From positions 81,612-140,494 of the forward strand of contig DBQS01000036.1 in the NCBI GenBank assembly GCA_002305355.1: DNA of 58,883 nucleotides, written 5' to 3'. The notes beneath the pieces were generated by a model. That model was not told the origin of the DNA and searched no databases. It worked only from the letters and a program-made list of their open reading frames with translations. Made by a program: the position numbers and the translations under genes. Below are positions 1-8,664 of this stretch, piece by piece. Every line of letters starts with the position of its first letter. The first letter of the stretch is position 1. Source of the DNA: Patescibacteria group bacterium UBA1388. Its GTDB lineage: Bacteria > Patescibacteriota > Microgenomatia > UBA1400 > PJMF01.

Positions 1-116
1 GTGAAGAAGAGATGCCAGCTTCTCCCAAAAAGAAAGTTGCCAAACAAAAACAAGAAGAAGCACCATCGGATGATGTGGAAGATGTCGAAGATATCGCTGA
101 TGATGTGCCATTTTAG
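1..116 (+). CDS. ssb: single-stranded DNA-binding protein, C-terminal fragment (5' end outside window)
   Basis: The frame is open from the window edge (codons from nt 3) to TAG at 114-116. The acidic tail ...APSDDVEDVEDIADDVPF matches the SSB C-terminal tip (DD-x-PF). It sits directly upstream of rpsR, as in the conserved rpsF-ssb-rpsR arrangement. Confidence 0.6.
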   Translation, partial: EEEMPASPKKKVAKQKQEEAPSDDVEDVEDIADDVPF

Positions 117-165
117 TGAGTATCAATTAGTCAGTATTTCGAATGTATTTAATTAGGAAGTAATT

Positions 166-381
166 ATGATGAGAAGACCACAAAGGCGTTTTACCGTGGG
201 ATCAGCTCAAAAGTTTAGTTACAAAGACACAGGTCTGTTAGTCCGGTTTGTAACTGAGCAGGGTTCTATTATTCCTCGGAGTGAAACAGGGTTGAGTAGG
301 TCTCAACAGCTTGAATTGACGACTGCCATTAAACGGGCGCGTCATTTAGCGATGTTGCCATTTACTCAAACTGTACAGTAA
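166..381 (+). CDS. rpsR: 30S ribosomal protein S18
   Basis: 71-aa ORF. YKDTGLLVRFVTEQGSIIPRSETGLSRSQQLELTTAIKRARHLAMLP matches the S18 core. Confidence 0.9.
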   Translation: MMRRPQRRFTVGSAQKFSYKDTGLLVRFVTEQGSIIPRSETGLSRSQQLELTTAIKRARHLAMLPFTQTVQ

Positions 382-430
382 CAATTTTTTGAGTTGAATT
401 ATTTAAAACAAATTGAAATTTGATTGCGTT

Positions 431-470
431 GGCAACTTCTTCAAAAGAAGGAGTTGCCATTTGCATTTCT
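431..470 (+). terminator. candidate rho-independent terminator after rpsR
   Basis: GGCAACTTCTTC-aaaa-GAAGGAGTTGCC forms a 12-bp stem (one G-U pair) with a 4-nt loop at 431-458. A T-rich tail atttgcatttct follows. Confidence 0.5.
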
Positions 471-496
471 GAACTGCTGAGTTAAACTAGTGTTCC

Positions 497-1762
497 ATGA
501 AGATGCTCAAGTTTTTTTTCAATCTCCTTACTGTTGTATTATTAATTATTGTAGGCGGGATGGCACAGTATAGGTACAACATTGTGCAATACTTGCCATT
601 TGATGTTCCTAGTAGAGTGGTTAAGTCAGATCTTTCTCCCCAACAGTTATCTAAGCTTATGAATACCGCTCAGCCGAGTGAATTTCAGGATGTTGATTTT
701 TCTGTTTTTTGGCAAGCATGGCAACTTTTAGAAGATAACTATTTAGATCATGAAAAAATAGATTCGGCTAAAATGGTTGATGGCGCAGTGGCAGGTATGA
801 CGGCGGCTTTAGAAGATCCTTACACTGCCTATTTACCTCGTGAAGATAAAGTGCGTACCGGCCAAGACTTGGCAGGCGCGTTTTATGGAGTGGGTATTGA
901 GCTAGGTTATGTAGATGGAGTGTTGGCGGTAGTTGCTCCACTTGATGGTACGCCAGCCAGTAGAGCCAATGTGGAAGCGGGGGACATGATTTTGAGAGTT
1001 AAGGATGAGCAGAAAGGAATTGATGAAGATAGCTCAAATTGGTCGCTTACTCATGCAGTTGATCAAATTCGAGGGCCGCGCAATTCTGAAGTGACATTAA
1101 CATTGTTTAGAAAAAACAATGGTAATGAACCATTTGAAGTAACATTAATGAGAGATGAAATAATCGTCAAATCAGTTGAGCTCAGTTTTGAGAATGTAGC
1201 AGAGAAACGAGTAGCACACATTAAATTGAGTCGGTTTGGGGAGCGAACTTTTGAAGAATGGGATGCCGCGGTGAAAGAAATTCTTGAAAATCGCACTGAT
1301 ATTGATGGTATCGTTTTAGATATGCGCAACAATCCGGGTGGTTTTTTTGATGGGGCAATCAAGGTAGCGAGCGATTTTATTCCTTCAGGAGTAGTAGTAT
1401 CCCAGAAAGGTCGTTTTAGCGAACAAAGTTACCCTGTGGAAGGTCGGGCAAGATTGACAAACATGCCATTGGTAGTCTTGGTCAATGGCGGGAGCGCTTC
1501 TGCTTCAGAAATTGTTGCGGGTGCTCTAAGAGATCAATTAAAGACACCTCTTGTGGGACAAAAAACTTTTGGTAAAGGCACGGTCCAAGATAGACGCGAC
1601 CTCGCCAATGGCGGAGCAGTCCATGTGACTATTGCTCGTTGGATTTTACCAAGTGGAGAATGGATTCATAACGAAGGCATTGCAGTAGATGTGGAAGTAA
1701 AAGACGATCCAGAAACTGATGAGGATGAAATGCTCCTGAAAGCTGTTGAGTCTCTTTCCTAA
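497..1762 (+). CDS. S41 family C-terminal processing (tail-specific) peptidase with N-terminal membrane anchor and PDZ domain
   Basis: There is an N-terminal hydrophobic segment and a PDZ-like stretch GVGIELGY..GTPASRANVEAGDMILRV. The S41 catalytic region VVLVNGGSASASEIVAGALRD...GQKTFGKGTVQ is present. Confidence 0.85.
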   Translation: MKMLKFFFNLLTVVLLIIVGGMAQYRYNIVQYLPFDVPSRVVKSDLSPQQLSKLMNTAQPSEFQDVDFSVFWQAWQLLEDNYLDHEKIDSAKMVDGAVAGMTAALEDPYTAYLPREDKVRTGQDLAGAFYGVGIELGYVDGVLAVVAPLDGTPASRANVEAGDMILRVKDEQKGIDEDSSNWSLTHAVDQIRGPRNSEVTLTLFRKNNGNEPFEVTLMRDEIIVKSVELSFENVAEKRVAHIKLSRFGERTFEEWDAAVKEILENRTDIDGIVLDMRNNPGGFFDGAIKVASDFIPSGVVVSQKGRFSEQSYPVEGRARLTNMPLVVLVNGGSASASEIVAGALRDQLKTPLVGQKTFGKGTVQDRRDLANGGAVHVTIARWILPSGEWIHNEGIAVDVEVKDDPETDEDEMLLKAVESLS

Positions 1763-1904
1763 TTCTTTAATCAGATTGTTTTTTTAAACACTCAGACACA
1801 TATTTTTCAATCTTTTCTCAATTTTTTTTTGATATGTTTTTGATGTATCTCAGCAATTTATGAAAGTCAATTTGAAAGAGTGAAGTTTGATATAGATCGT
1901 CCGC

Positions 1905-3146
1905 TTGTTTGATCTATTTAGACACGTTAAAATTGCCCACCGTATGAATAAGTCTGAGGAAATTCACACAAATTCAAGTTTAAAGCCGTTTCTGTTAGGA
2001 CTCTCAATATCCTTGTTGGTGATTATTTCTTTTCTGTTTGGTGCGATGGCTGATCGAGTGTTTGTGATCAAGCCACTGGATTATTTATTGAAAAGGACAT
2101 CACAAGCAACATCAGATTTTCAACCCAGTGAGAAGAATAATTCTTTATTAGGTGAGTTCATCAACTCTGGAGAGTCATTGTCTGTAGCAGACGTTGCAGA
2201 AGTCGCTTCAGAATCAGTGGTAACGGTGTCAATCAAGACGCAACAACGCATTATTGATCCTTTTAGTTCTTTCGGACCATTCGGTTTTAATTTTGGTCAA
2301 GAATCAATTCAAGAAATTGAAAGAGATATTGGGTCTGGTTTTGTAGTTGATGAAGAGGGATTGGTGGTGACTAACCGGCATGTGGTATCTGATGCATCCG
2401 CAACATATAAGGTCATTGATAAAAACGACCAAGAATATGAAGTAGTCGATATTTATCGTGATCCTCTAAATGATTTGGCAATCTTGAAAATTGAAAACGC
2501 TAATTTACCTTCATTAGCTTTAGGTGACTCAGATTCACTTAGGGTGGGAGAGGGTGTAATTGCAATTGGCACTGCGTTGGGTGAGTTTCGTCACACCGTC
2601 ACGACGGGTGTAATTTCAGGTCTTGGTCGAGGAATTACAGCTGGTAATGGTTTTTCTGAGTTTGAGTCTTTGGAAAATGTGATTCAAACTGACGCCGCTA
2701 TTAACCCAGGAAATTCTGGTGGCCCGCTTATCAATATGAGTGGGGAAGTAATTGGAGTAAATGTGGCGGTGTCGGCTGCAGCGGAGAATGTTGGATTTGC
2801 TTTACCGATAAATGTTGTGAAAGCATCAATCGAAAACTTCAACAATACTGGTCAGTTTGACAGACCATTTTTAGGTGTAAGTTACATGATGATTAGTAAA
2901 GAGGCGGCAATGTTTAATGAGGTGCCTCAAGGTGGTTATATTCAAACAGTGGTGGAAGGGTCTGCTGCTGATGAGGCTGGTTTAAAACCAGGGGATATTA
3001 TCGTGGATGTTGACGGTAAATCGCTCAAGGATGAATCACTAGCGAGTATTATTAATTCTAAGCAGATTGGCGATCGTGTCAAAATTACTTTTTGGCGCGA
3101 GGATGAAAAGCGAGAAGTGACTGTAGTATTAAAGAGTGCACAATAA
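1905..3146 (+). CDS. HtrA/DegP-type trypsin-like serine protease with C-terminal PDZ domain
   Basis: Membrane anchor is present. Catalytic His context VVTNRHVV, DLAILKI and Ser motif TDAAINPGNSGGPL are visible. PDZ stretch is GSAADEAGLKPGDIIVDVDGK. The true start may be the ATG at 1944 (MNKSEE). Confidence 0.85.
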   Translation: MFDLFRHVKIAHRMNKSEEIHTNSSLKPFLLGLSISLLVIISFLFGAMADRVFVIKPLDYLLKRTSQATSDFQPSEKNNSLLGEFINSGESLSVADVAEVASESVVTVSIKTQQRIIDPFSSFGPFGFNFGQESIQEIERDIGSGFVVDEEGLVVTNRHVVSDASATYKVIDKNDQEYEVVDIYRDPLNDLAILKIENANLPSLALGDSDSLRVGEGVIAIGTALGEFRHTVTTGVISGLGRGITAGNGFSEFESLENVIQTDAAINPGNSGGPLINMSGEVIGVNVAVSAAAENVGFALPINVVKASIENFNNTGQFDRPFLGVSYMMISKEAAMFNEVPQGGYIQTVVEGSAADEAGLKPGDIIVDVDGKSLKDESLASIINSKQIGDRVKITFWREDEKREVTVVLKSAQ

Positions 3147-3276
3147 AGGAGTACTCATCAACATATGTGGCGCATTGGTCTCAGATTTATTATATAAGAG
3201 AATTTAGAAATCATCTCACTATTTTTACTCAATTTTTGTTTTGCTGACTTTTGTATACCGGTTCTGATCAAGATGT

Positions 3277-4266
3277 TTAATCTTTGGGATTTGATTGCGG
3301 AGAAGATTGATCAGTGGAAACTTTTTCAAAAGTTGCTTTAATTTCAGTAATCATGGTTTCTAAATTGCCTTCCAGTATTTCTGGCAGATTGTGCCAAGAC
3401 TGTTTGGTACGATGATCAGTGACTCTATTTTGAGGATAATTATAGGTTCTAATTTTCTCCGCGCGGCGATTGCGACCAATTACACTTCTCGCAGCGCCGA
3501 TTTCCTGTTGTCGTTTTTCTTCTTCAATTTCCCAGAGTTGAGCACGGAGTAAATCGAGGGCAATCTTGCGATTTTGTTCTTGTTTTTTTTCTTGGCGGGC
3601 GGTGACAACAATCCCACTGGGATGATGAGTTAGTCGAACGGCGCTGCTGGTTTTGTTGACCGACTGACCGCCCGCCCCGCTCGATCTCATAAACTGCCAT
3701 TCTAGATCTTCGTCGCGGATTTCCACCGCACCTGCAGGAATTTCAGGCAAAACTGCCACTGAAGCGGTTGAAGTATGAATTCTACCTTGCGCTTCTGTTT
3801 CGGGGACACGCTGTACGCGGTGGACGCCAGATTCGTAACAAAAAATTTCAAAAGGGGTAAGAGGTGAGGCGCTATCAGTCTCGAAAAAAGTTTTTCCGGA
3901 AATTTTAATAATCAAGTCATCAATGAATTCAATGCGTAACTTTTTCATTTCGGCGAAACGCACATACATTCGCAACAGATCATTTGCCCAAATCTTGGCT
4001 TCATTGCCACCGGCACCTCCCCGAATTTCAATCGTACAAGCACCTCTTTTTCCAGTTTGATTATCGTCGTGTTCGCGATTTGCTGCAGGCTGCATTTGTG
4101 CCGCTGCTTTTTCAAGCATTTGTTTTTGAGCAGACAACTGAGCTAGTTCAGCCTGAGCAAGCTCGGCAAAATCAGGATCTATTTCTAGTCTTTTTGCTTC
4201 ATCAATTTTAGCTTGTAATTCCGCCAGTTGGTCTAAGAAGGGATTGGTCATAATGTTTTTGCACAT
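3277..4266 (-). CDS. prfA: peptide chain release factor 1
   Basis: GGQ motif (SSGAGGQSVNKTSSAVRLTH) is present. The RF1-type P-x-T tripeptide context is RVPETEAQGRIHTS, not the SPF of RF2. The start may be the ATG at 4251 (MTNPFLDQL). Confidence 0.9.
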   Translation of the reverse strand: MCKNIMTNPFLDQLAELQAKIDEAKRLEIDPDFAELAQAELAQLSAQKQMLEKAAAQMQPAANREHDDNQTGKRGACTIEIRGGAGGNEAKIWANDLLRMYVRFAEMKKLRIEFIDDLIIKISGKTFFETDSASPLTPFEIFCYESGVHRVQRVPETEAQGRIHTSTASVAVLPEIPAGAVEIRDEDLEWQFMRSSGAGGQSVNKTSSAVRLTHHPSGIVVTARQEKKQEQNRKIALDLLRAQLWEIEEEKRQQEIGAARSVIGRNRRAEKIRTYNYPQNRVTDHRTKQSWHNLPEILEGNLETMITEIKATFEKVSTDQSSPQSNPKD

Positions 4267-4393
4267 AAGCTAATAGACAATATTGACATAAAAACTTATT
4301 TTGCCGTTCTTTTGCCTATTATAAATCTTTCAGATGAGAAATGTACCTCATTTGGAATATGCTGTAGAAAGGTTATGAAATATCAAGAGTTGA

Positions 4394-4825
4394 TTACTCT
4401 TTTGCTTGATCAGCAGTGGTTTTGATTGAAGCAGGGGTGCTTTTTTTATCAGCACTATTTTGAGCACTATTTTGAGCCGAGGAAGTTTGACTCTTATCTG
4501 TTTGGCCAGCTTTTTTAGCTTTTTTGAGAGCGGTTTGTCTTTCCAGTAACAATTCACGATAAGATTTTGTTTCTTTTGATTGCAGGTCAATGACTTTGGG
4601 CTTTTTTTTGGTTGGTTTGTTTTCTGCTTGTTTGACTTTTGCCATAAAGCGCTCAACGCGCCCTTGTCGATCCACAAATTTTAATTCTCCGGTAAAGAAG
4701 GGGTGACACTTGTCGCAAATATCCAGCTCAATTGTGGGCTCCACGGAACCAGTTACGAAAGAATTCCCACAGCTACAAGTAACTTTGGTATCGGTGTGCC
4801 AATTAGGATGAATGCCAGATTTCAT
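4394..4825 (-). CDS. rpmE: 50S ribosomal protein L31 with about 70-aa Lys-rich C-terminal extension
   Basis: [10 protein letters not shown]...CSCGN...[10 protein letters not shown]...[10 protein letters not shown] is the canonical Zn-ribbon L31. The frame stays open for about 70 more K/A/S/Q-rich codons. Confidence 0.9.
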   Translation of the reverse strand: MKSGIHPNWHTDTKVTCSCGNSFVTGSVEPTIELDICDKCHPFFTGELKFVDRQGRVERFMAKVKQAENKPTKKKPKVIDLQSKETKSYRELLLERQTALKKAKKAGQTDKSQTSSAQNSAQNSADKKSTPASIKTTADQAKE

Positions 4826-4892
4826 ATTTTCCTTTTTATCGAGAAGAGAGCATTATATCACGAAAATTAAACAAGTTAAGTTGAGGATGTGA

Positions 4893-5939
4893 TCATTTCG
4901 CCCTACGATGTGGCGTGTGGTCAATCCTTTTTTCAGCCACCATCACCCCGATGAAAATCACAATTAGAGCCAGGATTTGTACAGCATATACCTTTTCTCC
5001 CAGCATGAAAAATCCCAGTGGAAGGTAAATAAGTGGTTGTAAATAGGTAAAAAGGGCAGCTTCTGAAGCTTCAATTTCGTTTTGGCCCTTAATATAAGCT
5101 GTTAAGCCAATCACGGAGCCAAAGGTAGCCATATAAAGTGCCGCGATTAACACACTTGGTTGCTTCAAATCATTCCAAATAGTCAACATCAGCGAAACCA
5201 GCGAATTTTCAGCTGACCAGGTTTCCCATAACACTAATGGGATGATAGTTATCATCCCGATAATGAAACTCACACTGGTGACAAACATTTTTGGCATATT
5301 TTGATAATATTTTTTTGCTAAAACATAATAAATAGCGACAGTGAGCACACTCAGCAGTACTAGTACGTTACCAGTGATAGAGAGCTCGCCAGACAGAGTA
5401 TAGCCATTAAAAATGGGAAAAAGTGTCAACAACAGTGTACCGATCACTGCCAAAATTAAACCCAAAATTTCATTAATTTCTTCCTTTTCTTTAAGAAGCA
5501 ACACCCCTCCAATGACAATCCAAATTGGGGTAGTGGTAGAGATCAGGCTTGCCTCAATAGCGCCAGTTGCTGCTAAACCAGCGTATAAAAGTGATAACGA
5601 TAAAGTAGTGCCAAGAATTTCCAAGGGGGCGATGCGCATCAGTTTTGACTTGAGTTGAGGAATTTGGTGACAGTATTTCCAGATTAGAGGGAGCACGAGT
5701 ATGCTAGCAAACAAAAATCTATAAAAAAGGAAGCGAAAAGGTGTAGTGACGTCAAATGCTGGTTTGACGATAATTAAAGCCGCTCCCCAAGAAAGAGTGT
5801 TGATCATCATGTAACCGTAAGATTTCCAACGCTTGACTTTGGTGAGAGAAGCAGATGAATTTTTTGACCGATATTTTTTTTGATGAGTTTTCCTTAATCC
5901 CATGAAACTAGCATAACTTATTTTTTGATGAGTGACCAT
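4893..5939 (-). CDS. EamA/DMT-superfamily transporter
   Basis: About 10 hydrophobic helices in two repeated halves, typical of EamA-domain permeases. There is a basic N-terminal extension. Confidence 0.65.
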   Translation of the reverse strand: MVTHQKISYASFMGLRKTHQKKYRSKNSSASLTKVKRWKSYGYMMINTLSWGAALIIVKPAFDVTTPFRFLFYRFLFASILVLPLIWKYCHQIPQLKSKLMRIAPLEILGTTLSLSLLYAGLAATGAIEASLISTTTPIWIVIGGVLLLKEKEEINEILGLILAVIGTLLLTLFPIFNGYTLSGELSITGNVLVLLSVLTVAIYYVLAKKYYQNMPKMFVTSVSFIIGMITIIPLVLWETWSAENSLVSLMLTIWNDLKQPSVLIAALYMATFGSVIGLTAYIKGQNEIEASEAALFTYLQPLIYLPLGFFMLGEKVYAVQILALIVIFIGVMVAEKRIDHTPHRRAK

Positions 5940-5984
5940 TTGATCCTAGTCAAAATAAACAGTGGAGGGGTACACTGATCAATA

Positions 5985-6407
5985 ATGCATCATGTTGAAA
6001 GTGAATATCAACAGCAGGTGTTTGTTGTGCACGATCAAGAGAAAATAGATAGAACACAGATCGTGAAGGAGCTCTTTGGCTTATCCGAGGGCTCACCATC
6101 GTCTTGGATCGACCATGATTTTAAGTCGTGGGTTGGAGAAATTTCCGAACAAGTCAGACGGCATCACGAACAGCATGGACATTATTCTCCACCAGAATCT
6201 TTGACAAGGAATGACTGGCGAGCGGTTGCACTAATGTGTGCTTACATGTATCCGGCGCATTTTCCCTTCAAATTGAGGGTGCGCGACCTTGCTTGGTTAC
6301 GAGCACGCGATTATTTGGTGGGTAAATTGGTCAACAAACAAGAAAAGTTATTTCCTTATATTGAAGCATATCAGCAGTATTTATCCAATAGAAAAAAGTT
6401 TAAGTAG
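5985..6407 (+). CDS. hypothetical protein
   Basis: 140-aa ORF that fills the intergenic space. No motif was recognised. Confidence 0.5.
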   Translation: MHHVESEYQQQVFVVHDQEKIDRTQIVKELFGLSEGSPSSWIDHDFKSWVGEISEQVRRHHEQHGHYSPPESLTRNDWRAVALMCAYMYPAHFPFKLRVRDLAWLRARDYLVGKLVNKQEKLFPYIEAYQQYLSNRKKFK

Positions 6408-6545
6408 TTTTTTTCAAGAAGTAGAATTTTATTGTTGAATCAATAATTGATTGAAGATCAATTGTTAAGTTTAAACACAGTAGCTTGACTCGCAAAAATA
6501 TTTCGAAATATTTGAAAATAATTTTGATTCTTTTGATATACTGAG

Positions 6546-7142
6546 TTGATGCAAATCTTAACTGAGTATTTAGCTAGTCATCCAAAAAAATTCCTCATTT
6601 TTGACTTTGATGACACGCTGTTTAGTCTTGATTTACCTTGGCACATCTATCGAAAACAAATGGACAAGGCAATGCATGATCTTGATAAACAGTATCACGC
6701 CCACATACCTGCCCAAGCCAGTTTGAATGTCTATGAAAATTTACTAGTAAAAAAAATAGGTCATGTAGCAAGAGCAAAGAGATTAGCGGTCTCAGCTGAG
6801 TTTGAAAGCAAGTATTTGCTCGGATATCAGAAAAATCATGATTTGATTAATTTTATCCGTCAGCAACATCAGTGTTATCAAGACTTTTTTATTTGGTCTT
6901 CAAATATTCGTCAGACAATCGAAAGCATCTTAAATGAAAATAATCTCTATCAATATTTTCGGTTGGTAGTGGCTAAAGATGATGTGAATTTTACCAAACC
7001 TGACCCAGAAGGTTTTGAGGAGTTTATTTTTCAACCTCAATCAGAACGAAGTGACTATCTGATGATTGGCAATAGCCGGAATGATCAGGCGGCGGCTATG
7101 GGTGCAGGCATCGATTTTTGGATGGTTGAAAAGTTTAATTAA
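6546..7142 (+). CDS. HAD-superfamily hydrolase
   Basis: Motif I is FDFDDTLF (DxDxT). A late GNSRNDQAAAMGAG motif matches HAD motif IV. Confidence 0.7.
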   Translation: MMQILTEYLASHPKKFLIFDFDDTLFSLDLPWHIYRKQMDKAMHDLDKQYHAHIPAQASLNVYENLLVKKIGHVARAKRLAVSAEFESKYLLGYQKNHDLINFIRQQHQCYQDFFIWSSNIRQTIESILNENNLYQYFRLVVAKDDVNFTKPDPEGFEEFIFQPQSERSDYLMIGNSRNDQAAAMGAGIDFWMVEKFN

Positions 7143-8383
7143 TCTTGAAGTTGATTGATGGCAGATGTAATGGAAATGGTTTTTTGTTCTCCAGAGACCA
7201 TGTTTTTGAGAGTAACTTGGTTAGCAGTGGCTTCATTTTCGCCAATAATTATCACAAAGGGAATTTGCTTCTGATTTGCCAACTTGAACTGTTTGCCAAT
7301 TTTATCAATCGCTGGATAAAGCTCGGTAGCGATATTTTCCTGACGTAACTGGTTAGCTACCCTCAATGATTGATTTGCCAATTCTTCTGAGAAAACTGTC
7401 ACCAAGACTTTGGTGGCAGCTAAATTATTGGGTAATTTGCCGATTTGTTGAACAGCTTCAACTGTCCGATCAAAGCCAATGCCAAAACCTACGGCTGGCA
7501 TGGTCACACCCGCGAGTTGTTCAATTAGCTGATCATAGCGACCACCACCACCAATTGAGCCACCTGTATATTCGGGTATGGTGCCTTCAAAAATTAGACC
7601 TGTATAATAGTCCAAACCGCGGGCAAGATTCGGGTTAAATTTGATAGCCGATTCCGGCACACCTAGTTGAATTACTCTGTCTACAATATCAGATAAATTG
7701 CTTGACATAACAGCGGAACTTAATTTGCCTAAAAGTTCATCTATTGCCGTCTCACTCAAACTTTTTGCACCTAACTCAGCTCGAAAATCAGCTTCGGATA
7801 ATTTACCCCTTTTATCAATAGTTTGGCATAAACTAGAAAAAGTTGTTTCGCCAGTACAAAAAGGCTGGAGCACGTTTTGAAGCGTTTGGCGGTCATTAAT
7901 TTCAATAGTTAATGACTCAATTCCTAGTTCACGATAAACATCATAAAATACTGCCAAAACTTCCACGTCAGCAAGAGAATTGGTGCTGCCAAAAATATCA
8001 CAGTCCGCCTGAGTAAACTCTCGGTATCTGCCTTGTTGAGGCTTGTCTGCTCTGAAGACATTCTGAATTTGGTATCGTCTAAAAAATTTAGGGAGCTCAT
8101 TTTGATATTGAGCCAAAACTCGGGCGGTAGGTACAGTTTGATCATAGCGTAATGCCACTTGTCGATCACCGCGATCTGCAAAATTGTAGACTAACTTATC
8201 GGCTTCATCGCCATATTTGCCGAGCAGAAGCGAAGCGTATTCGAGTGTTGGGGTTTCGAGAGATACAAAACCATAGCGCTCGAAAACCGATTTCATTTTA
8301 TTTGCCACGTAGTCACGTTGTTTTTTTTCAGATGGTAAGAAGTCTCTAAAACCTTTCAAGTTTTGGACTGGTTGAATTGACAT
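7139..8383 (-). CDS. hisS: histidine--tRNA ligase
   Basis: MSIQPVQNLKGFRDFLP...VALRYDQTVPTAR...GGGGRYDQL are class II HisRS signatures. The start is placed at the ATG at 8383 (MSIQP) rather than the upstream in-frame ATG at 8485, which lies inside the leader hairpins. Confidence 0.9.
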   Translation of the reverse strand: MSIQPVQNLKGFRDFLPSEKKQRDYVANKMKSVFERYGFVSLETPTLEYASLLLGKYGDEADKLVYNFADRGDRQVALRYDQTVPTARVLAQYQNELPKFFRRYQIQNVFRADKPQQGRYREFTQADCDIFGSTNSLADVEVLAVFYDVYRELGIESLTIEINDRQTLQNVLQPFCTGETTFSSLCQTIDKRGKLSEADFRAELGAKSLSETAIDELLGKLSSAVMSSNLSDIVDRVIQLGVPESAIKFNPNLARGLDYYTGLIFEGTIPEYTGGSIGGGGRYDQLIEQLAGVTMPAVGFGIGFDRTVEAVQQIGKLPNNLAATKVLVTVFSEELANQSLRVANQLRQENIATELYPAIDKIGKQFKLANQKQIPFVIIIGENEATANQVTLKNMVSGEQKTISITSAINQLQD

Positions 8384-8557
8384 ATAATCCTTTTCTTTGC
8401 GTGCATGTAGTTTATCATCTGTAAAGCCATAAAAAAGCTCCCAGTAGCATCGGGAGCTGAAAGAAGTATGCGAGATGTGTATCACCCACTAAAAACTATC
8501 TCCCGAGATTGGTTGGAGTAAAGGGTGATTGCTAGTATTTGATAATTTGTTTTTCAC
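8384..8557 (-). promoter_or_regulatory. hisS 5' leader with mutually exclusive hairpins (T-box-like or other attenuator)
   Basis: Upstream UCGGGAG (plus-strand 8500-8506) is complementary to the 5' arm CUCCCGA of the terminator. The element AGUGGGUGAUAC resembles the T-box core GGGUGGUAC. AUCACCC/GGGUGAU and GAGAU/AUCUC pairings are also present. Confidence 0.45.
8429..8458 (-). terminator. rho-independent terminator inside the hisS 5' leader (attenuator)
   Basis: The minus-strand RNA reads AGCUCCC-GAUGCUACU-GGGAGCU followed by UUUUUUAU. It ends about 46 nt upstream of the hisS ATG. Confidence 0.7.
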
Positions 8558-8564
8558 GAATTGC

Positions 8565-8592
8565 AGTATACCAGCCTATAGTAATTAGTCAA
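8565..8592 (-). promoter_or_regulatory. sigma70-type promoter for hisS
   Basis: Minus strand reads TTGACT, a 16-nt spacer, then TATACT. Confidence 0.55.
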
Positions 8593-8648
8593 TCAGGGGG
8601 ACTTTTCAAGTTCGGTCGAGTGGGTGGCTGTGTCGATTATGTAAAAGT

Positions 8649-8657
8649 TGCTATACT
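8649..8657 (+). promoter_or_regulatory. extended -10 promoter; possibly leaderless transcript for the 8665 gene
   Basis: TGcTATACT ends 7 nt before the ATG at 8665, and no SD can fit in that space. Confidence 0.4.
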
Positions 8658-8664
8658 GTAGAGT

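Noticed and set aside
1063-1362. Antisense and nested ORFs in the track. Examples are 1063-1362, 3984-4211, 4348-4677, 5413-5658, 7145-8349 (set), 21840-22348, 24379-25058, 37622-38294, 41071-41862, 45943-47142, 51511-51996 and 55148-56089.
   Set aside because: Each lies inside, and in another frame or strand of, a strongly supported conserved gene. They show shadow-ORF composition and have no independent signals.
3277-4266. Programmed +1 frameshift site as in prfB.
   Set aside because: The protein is RF1 (P-E-T tripeptide, not SPF) and is encoded in a single uninterrupted frame.
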